A stretch of DNA of 59,364 nt, the filler included, from Sphacelaria rigidula (Eukaryota), in the NCBI GenBank assembly GCA_964200075.2. It is 10 parts of 10 records of this genome, joined end to end, with 100 filler letters (N's around TTAATTAATTAA, not from the genome) between each part and the next. Parts side by side here need not be neighbours in the genome. Positions count along the whole stretch, not along the records: positions 35,682 to 41,527 come from CAXNAA020024004.1; positions 41,628 to 47,473 come from CAXNAA020024005.1; positions 47,574 to 53,419 come from CAXNAA020024006.1; 7 more parts are not named here. One strand, written 5' to 3'. Each line of letters starts with the position of its first letter. Within the stretch, counting starts at the first letter, position 1. Of the stretch, positions 37,930 to 50,889 are shown in pieces. A program made the position numbers and the translations under genes. A model generated the notes under the pieces. That model was not told the origin of the DNA and did no database searches. It saw only the letters and a program-made list of their open reading frames with translations.

Positions 37930-38131
37930 CACCTTGCCAACCTGGGCCATGACCTACCTTATCCACATTTCGCAAGGTCATACCTCGACAAGGTCTAGTT
38001 TTCGACCTTGCCAAGGTGGACCTTGCAAGGTCCCATTTTCGACCTTGCCAAGGTCCAATTCAGTCCAATTTAGACCTTGTCAATGTCCAATTTAGACCTT
38101 GTCAATGTCCAATTTAGGCCTTGCACAGGGT
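37930..38131. repeat. Short GACCTTG(C/T)CAA(G/T)GTCC tandem array (subterminal-type)
   Basis: Palindromic GACCTTG(C)CAAGGTC units, including a 21-bp exact repeat GTCCAATTTAGACCTTGTCAA. Confidence 0.8.
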
Positions 38132-39619
38132 CCCGCATTGGGACATGTCACAAAAGTCTCACAAGACGGTGGACTCAAAATCCAGAGGATTTGGTTGCAG
38201 TTGGGTATGTATTATATGCTTATCGTGCATCGATCGCACACGATACTACCGCTTCAAGAACACAACACCAACAAAATACAGGTCAGAGAGGCCCGGCTAT
38301 GAACGAGCCAGTGCAGGAAAATAAGATACTGAACTCGCTCACGACTAATACTGCCAACAATGCGACACCCGTACCAAACACCATCCCGCACACCCATCCA
38401 AGCCATTCACAAGCGACGTGTATGACGCCTCTTTCATGCATAGTAGCCATCATCGACATCAACCATGCAAGCTCCGCCCCCCCAACCTTCCAGAAATAAT
38501 AAAATATACACCCGTAGTCAAGAGGAGGAACAAGTACAACGCCCTTACTGTACTCGCACGCATGTATACTGCGACGTAGTCGTGATGCACGCTACGGTCA
38601 TGTGCTTCACACATCCGCTGTGGCATCCCGTATCCGTCATTCTGCATTGCTTCCATTCCTCTGCATACCTCACGCGCCATACCATTCCAGTGGGACCGGT
38701 TATAACCCCCCCCCATTCATCTTGATATGGAAGAGGTGAACACAACACAAGCCCCCCCCGCCGCCGTCAACCCACGAATACCCAAGTGCTACGAAATTGA
38801 GACAGAATCTGTACAATACGAGACGTATCACTTTTCGGCCCCTTTGCCCCACAACATTCCCGGCAGATGGCATGCATGAATCGACCCCGCGGGAGGGCAC
38901 CATGATGAAATATTTATGATGCTCAACCACCACTTGACAACCATTAATGTCGAAAACAAAGTATAAACCGGGTGTATCGGAACACCACGCGCCAGGCTCG
39001 GTCCGCCCCGTGCGCCCCATCCGAGAATAATTCAGCGCCACTGGTCCCAGGAAAAACGTGAGTTGAGACAGTGCAAGAGGAGGGAAGGACCGGGGAGAAA
39101 AGACGTCGCTCGAGGTCAGGTACATCATCTACACTAGGAAATACGCGACGACTAAAATATAGCTGAATTATCAGTACCCCCACCCATTACAAGTGACCAC
39201 TCATCCGAGCCATATGCCCAGTACAGCACTGCGCAGCCGGAACGACTTTTTAATGTGAAGACAACAACAAAAATAACAACAACTCAAGAGAGATCCTTCG
39301 CTGAGAGGAGAGAACAAACCCTCTACGCGGGACGGCGAATTCTCCTCCATTAGCAGCCACAAGACGGGAAATTCGGAAAACGGACACGAGCTTGGCCGGC
39401 AATCCACACCCTAGATAAAATATGATATTGTCAAAAAATGTACTGCGTACAGTATGGAATCCATTGTCTGCTGCAATAGGCGCAATAGTCGATACTGTAT
39501 ACAGTATACTTTTTGACAGTGTACTCTTTCGTCCAGGCTGTGCAGCAATCAAGGCGCATATTTCGGTTCAACCATTACGCGGTGGCCTCTACTTGCAGTA
39601 CGGTCGGCGGTTTGTATTT

Positions 39620-40930
39620 CTCTGGGCTTATATTTTCCACTTTTGAGACCCTTGATACGATTTTGGCCGCAAAACAGAGACTATCGCCATCACACGACTT
39701 GGACACTTCCCGATTCGCACGGCTCGGATGTTTCGAGAACGGCCTCAGAATAATAATACGACTGATGAAAAAAAGGGTGTCTGCAGGTGTTGTCACGACA
39801 AGGCTCGGAGGCTTCGAGAACGGCCTCAGGACAAAAATACGCTTGAAAAAAAGCGGTGTATGCAGGTATTTTCACAAAAAAAAAAAACTGAAGACACCGC
39901 ATTTTTTTCTTCAGCCGCATTTCTGTCCTGAGGCCGTTGTCCAAACCTCCGATCCGTGCGAACCCGAAAAGTAGGATAGGCTCCTCTCGGTGGGGCGATG
40001 CGAAATGTCCAAGACGTGTAATGGCGATAGTCTGTTTTGGAGCCAAAAACCGTGTCAAGTGTGTCAAATGTAGAAAATACGAGCCCAAAAAAACACGAAA
40101 CGTGGAAAATGGCCATACGAGGTTAAATTTTGTCACGATGTCCTTGTTATCAATATGCAGAAATTTAGCGAAGCAGAAACGGGAAACCGAAAAGAAAAAA
40201 AATTACGATATTTAGAGCGATCTGGATTTATGAAAAAAAAATGGCGATTTCCTACCTCGACGAAAACAAGAAAAAATCTAGGCTACAAAGCCCTGGTCTA
40301 GTTTTGGCTCCCAAGTCTTCGAAGTGGGCACCACATCACACTTCTTGTGAATACTGTTCCGGCATTGTGCCGTCTCCAAAACTTCACCCGACATACGGTA
40401 TACAGTTTTCCGGGTATTAATTTCCAACAAATATGGACCACAGCACGAGACTTTGGCCGTGCTTTTTCTTGCATCGGGGTTCGCACGATCAGAGTTTGGT
40501 CAAAGTCGGAATAAGTCGTTGCTTGTGGGGCGTGTTTTGGAAGCTCGTCCTTTCCAATTTCGATACCTTCGACGCGGTTTTTCGAAGCTGAACGCAAAAC
40601 ATCGCAATCACAACCACTTTTGCGATTGGCTTGACTCCGAGGTTTCAAGACCGGTCTCTGGACAAAACCACGGTTGGGAAAAAAAATGCAATATCTGCTG
40701 GTATTTTCGCGACCTGTAGACATCGCATTTTTTGTTCGTGCCGTGTTTTTGCCAAGAGGCCTTCTCGAAACTTCGGAGTCGAGCGAATCGCACATGTGGG
40801 CTAGATCCCTCCCGGTGGAGCGATGCGCAGTGTCTTGAGACGTGTAATGGCGATTTTCTCTGGTTTGCTGCCAAGAACCGTGCCAAACGTCACAAAAGTG
40901 GAAGGTATGAGCACCCAAAGAATACGAACC
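39620..40930. mobile_element. Foldback-like non-autonomous element with duplicated inverted-repeat module
   Basis: 39630-39750 is an imperfect inverse of 39925-40085 (GACTATCGCCAT.ACACG.CTTGGACA versus TGTCCAAGACGTGTAATGGCGATAGTC). A diverged copy of the right arm lies at ~40755-40920. Confidence 0.55.
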
Positions 40931-41701
40931 GTACAAAAACGACCCGACGTTCAAGCATTTTTCAAACTCCGAAAGATAAATTCCGGTGTCGGGAACTTGA
41001 CTACAGCACGTCACGGACATGACGCAAGACTCCTCTCTGGCTTCTCGATTGTACTGGGACTGCGAGCGAATGGCCCCATTCGCGGGTGCAAGAGATATGC
41101 CTTGCCATGTCATACTGGCAAAGTATGCTTGAAATTCAGGGTGTGTTGTCAATTTTTCACATTACCCCCGAGTTTCCGCCCACGTTTACTCAGGGTTTAA
41201 TTTTCAAGGTTCAACCAAGGAAATTCGTCATATCCTGGCCTTAAAAGCCAACTTTCAAACCCTACAAGCCGGGCTAGCTTCAAAGCGGCTGAAAGTTGCT
41301 CACACCACAGCTTTCCCACTTCCCCGAATGAACCCGATGTAAGCATATCACTGTAAAGTGCAGACCATCCTGGTAACACACGGCACCGCCGCTGAGTGAA
41401 AAAAAAAGTGTGCTGCATAACATATGACCTTGACCCCTTTGGAACTCGCGAAGAACAGTACAAAAAACAGCCGATTTTATATTTTGGGGTTCAAACAAAA
41501 TATGGGGCTGAAGTGGCATATCTGTCTNNNNNNNNNNNNNNNNNNNNNNNNNNNNNNNNNNNNNNNNNNNNTTAATTAATTAANNNNNNNNNNNNNNNNN
41601 NNNNNNNNNNNNNNNNNNNNNNNNNNNCCCCACCCCTCACGACCCCCCCCCCGCCCTTCCACCCCCCCCGTCCCCCGCTCTCCCGTCTTCTGTTTTGTTG
41701 T

Positions 41702-41732
<31 letters not shown>

Positions 41733-42906
41733 CCGGAGTACTGCCAAGGGAAGGCAAAACGGTCTCTGAATATGAATCGAACATACCGGACAAGCGTATA
41801 CTAGGCAGGTAGGCATAATAACATAGAACATCACCGCGGGCGATGAGGAACCCAACCTTTACTCTCCCGTGAACTCCGGCGGCCATGACGTCGAACGACT
41901 TGTCGTAAGAAAGATCTCCTCGAGAAATTCCCGCAAACGACACCTTACGGCAATGCACGTCTGCAGTCGCCGGCCAATTTGTCAGCGTGGTCGACTATCG
42001 CACATGAAGTGACTCCATATTGGTGGAGATTTGACCGTGGCCCCAAGATGAACGTAACCGACGTAAGCAGAGACGCAAACAGAAATACCCACTACTACTG
42101 ATAGTACACGAGTCTCGAGAGAGGGGAAAGACGAGGATAGAGAGGGGGACGACAAACAGATTGACATGCCAAACAAGAATCACAACATGACAAAACAGAA
42201 ACACACCTACACACAAAAATATACAGGGGAAAAACAGACACACGCGGTAAACTACGCCGTGCGGGAGGGCTATACACGCCAAACGTACTGAGGGAACTAC
42301 AAAAGCCCCACGACTCGATCCTTTTGGAACCCTTGATGGAAAATGACGATTTACAATTGACGTTTTCTTGGACAAGATATGCTTGTTTTTCTGCACGTGT
42401 TGGTGATGCAGCCCACCAGATCGGTGCACCACTCTAACTTCAAGTATATCAATGTGGCAGATTCGTGCACAGAACTCCAACTGACGTTTCCCATTGACGA
42501 AATCTCGCATATGGGAGTTTGTACTGTTTTTCGTGAGTTCCAAAAGGGTTGAGCGAGACATACCAACTACGATCCGAACCCCTGTGCCTATCGATTGCTA
42601 TGATTCCAACTCCAGGCGTCACGCTCACCTACAACATGGGCCCAACAACACAAAAAAATGTTACTCTACCAAACCTCAATCTAAACTTCAGCACTTTCGC
42701 CTCACACTGATCAACGAACGAAGGTTACTCAGGTTTGCCAATCTACTTTTGATGAGGGCGAAAAACGTTGACCTTGACCGCACGGTGCCAATTCCTTTCT
42801 GCCCAGAGGGGCGAATGGTAGAGCTCTGCTGACAAGAGCATTGTGGACTGACGAGGGCTTGGACATTGCCTCAGGGCTGGAACGGCGGTTTGCGAGTCTG
42901 TTGTAC

Positions 42907-43044
42907 CTGCATAGCCAAAGCCTCCATCCTGAAGTCATCTCCTGCCTTGACGATGAAATGAGCCAACCGCCAGCCCTTCAGGTGACCGAAGGGGCTCTGA
43001 TGTCGAACCATGCGCTCCAAATCATCGCTGCTCGTGCCGAACAC
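42907..43044 (-). CDS. PI4KB: Phosphatidylinositol 4-kinase (type III beta/Pik1-like), exon at start of catalytic domain
   Basis: CAG acceptor, GTACAA donor, 138 nt, phase 0. VFGTSSDDLERMVRHQSPFGHLKGWRLAHFIVKAGDDFRMEALAMQ matches SP(Y/F)GHL..W.L...IVK.GDD.R.E.LA.Q. Confidence 0.9.
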
Positions 43045-44702
43045 CTGCTTAAGTTCAAACGGATCGAGAATTTATCAAATATATCTGGCACTGGATTGTG
43101 AAAAAACGCGTGCTTTCCCCTTGCATCATAAATACATGGCGTCCTCACGCAGCGTGCAGAGCGACCCAACTATACCCCAGTCATACCCGAGTTCGATGGG
43201 GAGACATTGAGGCTCAGTCTGAGAGATTCGTCAGTAATCCCATCTATGAAACCGGGCTTTAGAACCAATGTCTCCACAATGTGCCCCTCGTACTAGATGC
43301 ATGAAGTCTTCATTTTCCAACGAGACTACAGGATGAAGTGCATATTTCGAGTTTGCAGGCTTCACCTACTGTACTCTTCTCCTCCTACTTGTTGTGTCAC
43401 TACTGCCGTAAACAAAATAATCAACATTCCGACACAATTTGTGCATTCTGCATTCTGCACTCTGCATACAACCCGTCACAGGTGGTGCTCTCAAAGGCTG
43501 CAGGCTGCCGCCAACGATGAAATAACTCGAACCGCTTTCCCGATCGGTTTGCACACGGCGATAGTGTATTATGATGGGGCTCCGAGGCCTTGTCATCACT
43601 CAAGCGCAAACCCCTCGGAACTATCCACACCGAACTCTGCTAGCGCTGTTCCCAACCTCTATTTTCTGATCCCACTTACTTTTTTCTTCTCTTCTCTTCT
43701 CTTCTCTTCTCTGCCCCTCTTCTTTATTTGCCTGGATCTATTTTTCTTTTCTGTCTTGTTTGCTAATAAATTGTTTCTCCCCGTCTCCTTTTCTTCAGTT
43801 TGCCATGTTCCATCCCTTCATTTTGAACCCTCACCTTCTCTGGGGTCTCCTCCGTTATCAATTGTTTTCGTCTATCCACGCCAGTTACGTCCATCTTATG
43901 GATACGGCTGAATCTCAGGGGATGAGATCACTTTATGTGCGAAAATCAACATACTATTCCATTCACCAGCGGCAGTTTTTTTCACTTGCGCTTGGCAACT
44001 TCCGTCACTGCTCAAACCAAAATCCCCTAGAAAAACATCACATGTCTAGTTCGACTGTAAAACTCGCCAAGAGTGATGAGTAAACTGCATATGCGCCGTT
44101 TTTGAGATCATTCCTGCATTCTTCGGCACGAGGATGTGGAATACGGAGCATCACACCCGTGTGGACGAAATCATCCCCTCAATCAACATCCCCTATAGAT
44201 GGGTGTTTGGGGCCAAAAATATCAACCAACTGAAGAGTGTTGTACTCAATAGTCTGCAGTACGCAGCTGTGTCTCCACGACAAGGAGGCGTCTGTAGTGA
44301 CAAGCCAAAATCGCCCGCCTCACTTTGTACCATCCTGAGTGCGGGACATGCCGCCAAAAAAAACACCTTATTAGCTTAACTAAGAGCCAGAAAAAAAATC
44401 GATAAATATCCCGAGTGTTTGTAGCTAACCCCATTATGTTATTGCCAGCCTCGCCTTACAGTATCACGATAGTGTGAAACTCATGCCGGGTTTTCGAGTT
44501 CAGTAACGAATAGGGCCTAACAAACCGAGTTCGCTCATTGGCCACACATTTATTCTTATACTTAGAAGTAAACAGATGCAACATCTTCGTATTTCGGGCG
44601 AGGCTACCAAGTTAGGGTTGAGCCTGGGGCCAACACAGTGTTCCCCCCTAGCGGCTTGGTTCTTTATTGCGCATCCAATGCTTGTGTATGTTGTATAATC
44701 AC

Positions 44703-44846
44703 CTGCAGTGCTTCTCGCATGTTCTTGATGAGATCGCTACTGGGATCGCCGGACGTGAGGTATTGCCTCGTGGCACGATCGAAAAACAAGCAGTCCGCCT
44801 CCTCCATGGAGTGCACTTGAGGCTCTGTCCCATCCTGCTCCAGCCA
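44703..44846 (-). CDS. PI4KB: PI4-kinase upstream exon
   Basis: TTGCCAG acceptor (alternative start 44834), CAG|GTGATT donor, phase 0. ...DLIKNMREALQ joins in frame to VFGT. Confidence 0.6.
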
Positions 44847-45694
44847 CTGGCAACAGGGTTTCGGCATTGGTCGCACATCACGCCAGCGACAATGGCCAGT
44901 TAAGTGATTGTGGCACATCAACCGATGGACTATGAATACACCCGTGGTCATCAGATAGGCGTATCTAACGGCAAGTGGACGGAAGCACATAGGAGGCAGA
45001 GACGATCAAACCACCACAGTCTTGCAATTCTTTCGATTGAGTGTGACACATTAGGGGCGAAGCCGGTGCTTGCGACACTAGGCATGTACTCGTGCAATCT
45101 GCTGTTTATTGAGGAAAACGCACGCCAGGTGTGGCAGTGTCGGAGATATGCATACCTTTGCGTACACACAGATGAGTTACTCCTGCCCCCAACCTAACCA
45201 CAGCCAGTCTTTGGTGAGCCATAACCAGTCTTTGGCGTCATACTACCGGCCAATGCATAGGGAAACACCGAGCGCTGCCTTCAAGATGCAGCACTCATGA
45301 CGTCATTGAATGGAGGCTACATGTGTAAAACTGAGCAAGTATCCCTGCAAACGCGGTGGTTGAGCATATCACATCTCAGGGGGTGACTCCTCATACTACA
45401 ATCGAAATAACGAAGTACATTCACCCGCGAATAAATCAAAGCACAGAGTAAAGGCCGAATCTTGTTTGCTGCACTATGTGGTGGCACTGTCACCCTTAAA
45501 AATACACAGTCGAAGTTAGTCTAATTTGATACTTTCCGCTACTGTCTGTACCATGACGTATCTTAAGCGGAATGTTCGTAACTCTGCACAGGTACTTTCA
45601 CACGAAACAACGCGAAACAACACGAAACGTTTCCAGACCATACTGTATACAGGTGAAGCCCGAGTGAAACCAACAGCACGCCGGACACGCTCAC

Positions 45695-45821
45695 CACATC
45701 CTGCCCCCTCGAGCGGAGCAATTCCTCCTGTAGGGCGTGCGGCAACGTTCGTTTGTTGATCACGTCCTCGCAGGTAACCCCCGCGTTGCCACCCTCTAGA
45801 TACAGTCGGTCAGACGAATAC
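45695..45821 (-). CDS. Candidate further PI4-kinase exon
   Basis: Open frame YSSDRLYLEGG...EELLRSRGQDV ends at a GTGAGC donor in phase 0. The acceptor is uncertain. Confidence 0.42.
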
Positions 45822-46036
45822 CTTTTCCGCACCAGCGACCGGGGGGGGGAAGGGTGTACTCATGATCATGCATGCCATAGTACACCCGCGGGGGAGGGGA
45901 AAATATGCCTGAAACGCCGGAGCGATATTTGGCGCATACTGTTAGCATTTGAGCTTTTACACCCCGCAACGGGGTGGGATACAGGGGGGGGTTGAGGTAC
46001 CACGCCCCCCTCTACCCCCCCCACTCTCTTTATAAC

Positions 46037-46102
46037 GCCGGTGGTGAAACCGGTACACTACGCCTTGTTTCGGCGGATAGGGAGGATTCGAGTCCCTACG
46101 GC
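46037..46102 (+). other. tRNA-like remnant / SINE head
   Basis: A-box-like TGGTGAAACCGG, B-box-like GATTCGAGTCC and GCCG/CGGC ends. It does not form a convincing cloverleaf. Confidence 0.3.
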
Positions 46103-48029
46103 AAAGTGCTGCGTGTATTCCGTCGTCTGAAAACGTGAGAGCGAGAGATGAGTGAAAGAGATTTCATGATTGGATAATAAAGGCTACAGACAGCGCGCGC
46201 CACAGAGCAATAATACGCGCGCTCTCCTTCTCGCAAGACGGCAGATAGCTGGTAGCTGTACATGGCGGAGCAACGCCATCATGTGCTGACGCCAGAGAAG
46301 TGTACATGTTCTCGACCCATCCGTTCATCGGGGGAACTGCACAGTTGTGGAACGAAAACACGAGAACGCCAAGTATTCCCCAAAAACCGCCGACCAGTTG
46401 GTCGGCGCCGCGACGAGTGTATATACTCAAAATGAATTTCCCAAAAAATCACGCCCGGTTTGGGAGTTGATTGTGCCCGGTGAATGACTATAAAGCCGGT
46501 AAGGAATTGATTGTGCGGGTCCATTGGATGCTGTTGCTGGAGGCTTGGATAGCGCACGCGCTGAGTACGCAGGACACTTTAGGCCGTTTGCACCAGCCTA
46601 TGAAAAGTGAGGCAAGATTTGATTTTGATTGGTTGACTGAGTGTCGCATTTTGACTAACCCCTCAGGGATCCAGCCGTGGTCACTTGATAGACGTACCCA
46701 AGACAATACAAAACTGTAACATTCGTGAAAAAAATAAAAATAAAAATGAAAATAGAACGGAACAATATCGTAGACAAAGACGTAAAAGAAAGAAAAAAAA
46801 CAGCAAAGAAATGGCCTGTCTCTGCCACATGGCTTCGGCGGAAAAGGTCTTGCAAAGAAGCACGCTCATACTCATGTCGTACGAAACAAAAGGCCGTGGA
46901 AAGGAAGATAATGCAGCTCATCTACTACAACCGCTGCATTGAGGGTATGGACCCTCTCATTCATGAACCAACACAATGAAGCGAGGTACCACAGACTCTG
47001 CCATACACCGGTAGGAAATAACATATATATATATAGAGAGAGAGATGAGGAAAAAGAAGAACAGAGAAGGAGACTACAGAAGTGGTGAAACCCCAAGCAG
47101 GCAGTCCAGAAATGATGTTCAGGAGAAAAAAACACCACATAAGACGTACCAGAATAAATTCAGCCTGACTAGGGTAAGGTGGGTTTCCATCGACGAGCGC
47201 GCTTTGGCGCATGACCGTAAAGGGCGAGAAAGCGTGTTTCCCATGATTTTTCGAGCCACGGGTGCAGCAGATATCCCCAGTTTGGCGTGCACGAAGACTT
47301 CCGAGCGGAAATTCAAGGCGCGATTTTCCCGATTTCACGCATTCGGTCAATTGAAGTACCTGTCCAGGGCGAAAACACGCAAATATATATTTTCTAGACG
47401 TGACGCACCCATGAGGCAGTGTATAAGCCGTGGCTGTCTCTGGAAGTGGCGATATCAGAAAATAAAACAACTCNNNNNNNNNNNNNNNNNNNNNNNNNNN
47501 NNNNNNNNNNNNNNNNNTTAATTAATTAANNNNNNNNNNNNNNNNNNNNNNNNNNNNNNNNNNNNNNNNNNNNACTTATGAGCCTCTTTTTTCGTGCAAC
47601 CAAATACCCCCCCCCTATCGTAGGACGATTCTCTAGCTACATTTGAATCAGATACCACTCTTTTGATTTCTAGCGGCTTTTCCTGTACAGTACATTGCGA
47701 GGTTTTCAGGCTTTTCGGGTGAGGTACGTTAGCAGGGATGGAGAGGTCGACTGGGGGAGTGTGAACTAGGTGTTAGGTTCACCCCCCCCCCACCAGGACA
47801 CTTCCTACCTTCCCCTCTTCTCTCTCCTCATTCCACTCAGTTTTACTGTTTTCAGAGTGAAGCACTATTTGTACAAGTGCAAGATTGAATTTTGTTCAGT
47901 TTGAGATATAGAAAGATATAATATAAACAACATATTTCAGTCTTTTGGGCATCTACCATCTCTGTTTGGGACTCCACATCTTCTACTTGTCTGCTGGTGT
48001 CTTGGTCACGTCCTATCAGGCATCCATAA

Positions 48030-50889
48030 AACCGACTGAACCTACCAGGAAAAAGGAGATCAAGCTTCTCTCCTGTCAGTGGCGTCGACGGTAGTTCGCG
48101 GGGTGAAGGCCAACAGAGCAGGCGTACTCGGCCGCAAAGTAGAGTAGAGAACACAAAGATCGTACAGGAAAACGACGGTAATGAAGACAGTGATTTCTAT
48201 ATATCTGAACCGTTCAGTCCTGATGATGTGTTGGAAAGTAGGAGGTCAGCTGAGAGTGCGCGAGACCTAGGGTCGGGGCTCTTGGCGAATACAGTGACTA
48301 GCACGGACGGGGAAGGGAACAGCAGCGACGAAAACTCGTCAACATCCTCCCCCCGGGTGTTGGATAACATAGGCTGTACAGATGGTGAAACGGAAATGAA
48401 GAACACTTTTTCTGTTGCAGCTCGTGTAGGCTCGGTAGCTAGCACTAACAGGGAGGGGGGCTCTACCGACAATCTTGTCTCGGCGCTCCGAAACCCTGAA
48501 GTAGGTGACATGGAATGTATAATAAGCTCACTTGAAAATAATTTGAAGCTTGAACCAATTCATCTTGTCAACAGTAGCGTGAGGGAGAAGACTGGTAGAG
48601 AGTCAACTCCCCTTGCTCCTGTACAAACCGGTAGTGAGGTGCCCACTACCTCAGATCATGTTGTTGCTGATATTGATGCGGATTCAATTCCACGATTGCC
48701 AATTGATGTGACTGAAATGCCGTCAGATAGTCGCACGCTCTTATCTAAGGGTGGTGTTTTAGAACACACGGACAGTCAGTTATCGTTATCTCGAAATCAG
48801 AACCAGAGGGTAGAAAGTACAGGCGGTCGCAGTGAAATTCAGACAACCTCGAGTTTCACGTGACTCTAAATCACCGCTCTCTGTTTCGGGGATAGTCAGG
48901 GTGGTCGGAAGTCGACTCCTTCAGGGGTCGTTCAACAAATTGTGATGCTCCATAAAACGGGATCGCAACTACGTTCAATCTTGTCTGATATTGAGAGTAG
49001 CAACGATAACACGAACAGCAAGGCACCTATAAAGGAAGAACCACGTCAAATTATCGGAACGCAGGGGGTAAACGCTGCTTCAGCAGTTGTAGAGTCTAGA
49101 GCATATGTTAGTAGCTCTCGGTTGGAAGGTCCAACCATTGTGTCCAAAACAACACGTGAAATGATACCACAACAGGTGGTAACGTTACGTGCTACTTCCG
49201 TTGTCGGTACTACCGCGTCCCCCGCAGACAACGAAGCTCGCTCGGTTGCCGCAAAGACTTCTTCCGAACAAGTAGTCAAGAAGGCATCGCAGGCCACGGA
49301 CACACCGGTTTCTCGGACTGTTGAGGCAAATAACCCCGCAACAGTAGAGTCACCGAGTCGCAACATGGTTGATACCGATTCTTCAAAGACGGTAGTGGAG
49401 GATGTAGTGGCGAACCTCCGTCAGATGTTGGACTCCTTATCGCATGAGGAACGTTGTCGAGTACTTGGTATCGATTCAAATGACGATGGTCAACTAGGCA
49501 CAACTGTAGCAGCAGCTGGGGGTGCATATACTCCCATTCCGGTAGTTCCGAAATGATCTAGGACCGCCGATATAGAGACAGATGCGGACAAATCACTCCG
49601 CACGTCGAACACTGACATAGAACAATTGGGTGAAGATGTAACGACATCCCAGATACGGTTGGTCTCCACTCGGGAAACCACCTCGTCTACTAGTTATATA
49701 CAGAAGGGGATGAAGCTCTCGCTTTTCTCTTGAATCCATCAGAAATTCGCGCGGCTGCACGTAAAAAGAAACGATCGGAGGCGCTGTTGAAAAAAGACGA
49801 AGCCATTGCCAGAAACATGTCTTCACTTTCAATCACTGAACCATCTATTGGTGAGACGGAAGAAGTGCGTGAGGTTGCATGGAACTTAGTTGGACCAAGA
49901 GGGCGGTCATATGCTCGTGTAGCAGGCACAAGCACGGTTCCTTTGGGCGATATCGCTGATGACCACAGTTATCCTCGCAATGTACATGTGTCACAGAACG
50001 CCCGAGCCAAGCTTGGCGAAGGAGCACAAACCTTAAGGAATAAAAAGGCGGGAGTGGATCGCATACTTAACGAAAAAGCATCGGTGGCCAGTAAACTAGA
50101 AGAGGCCAAAGCTAAACTAAAGCCACTAGAGGAAGAACATCGGAAATTAGGTGACTCGGCGACAAAGGAGGAAGCTGTCGTCAACAAGGCCCTTAAAGAT
50201 AGGGAAGCTACAACCTCTAAGCATGTAGTAAAAGCCAACATTCTGCCTAGAAGATTCCATCCTCCTAGCCTGGAACGACAACAGCAGGGGGTCAACAAAG
50301 CCGGCAAGGAAAAGAGGACTGCAGGGCCCAAAGTAGATCTAACACCGATAATCGAGATGGCTCCGGTGCATCCGCACCACAACCCCAATCCTGACACCAT
50401 CGACGTCGGCGGGGTATTCATCACCATCGATGATTTTAGGTTCCTACAGAGGACCTGCCCTCCAGGTGTTACTCTAGTAGAATGACATCAAGTACAGTTG
50501 TTCAGGCGGGATGTCGAGACACTTCAGTTTGGAACCCCTCTACACTCTCCTCCGGGACCAAGGGAGGTTATTGATAGCTGGGATGGAAGCAGTGTTGGCT
50601 CTAAATCGGACGGATCCCAGATGCCAAGCAGGGATGGGCAGCCGCATTACTATGCTGGAGGACAGGGATCTAGAAAAAAAAGGTAAGCTTCACCTACAAT
50701 AGAGAGGAAGAACCTAAGTAGTGCTAGAGAAAAAAGAGTGGTATCTGATTCAAATGTAGCTAGAGCAAGAAAAAGGACTCACATAAATGTAGCAAGTACT
50801 GCGGCATCTTCCTAGGGTTCCACGAGGCCAAGGCAGTTCTCAAGATAGCTACGACTCGCCGTAGCGAATAGTCCGAACGGAAGAGAACC
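48030..50889 (+). pseudogene. Long decayed intronless ORF (~950 codons), S/T-rich with coiled-coil segment, product unknown
   Basis: ORFs 48228-48863 and 48942-49556 share one frame that opens at 48030. After a frameshift near 49690, ORFs 49730-50485 and 50498-50686 share a second frame, broken only by isolated stops. Confidence 0.6.

Noticed and set aside
42314..42552. piggyBac-like MITE (CC(C)TTTTGGAAC inverted pair)
   Set aside because: The TIR is short and degenerate and the TTAA TSD is not intact, which is too weak to list as a feature.
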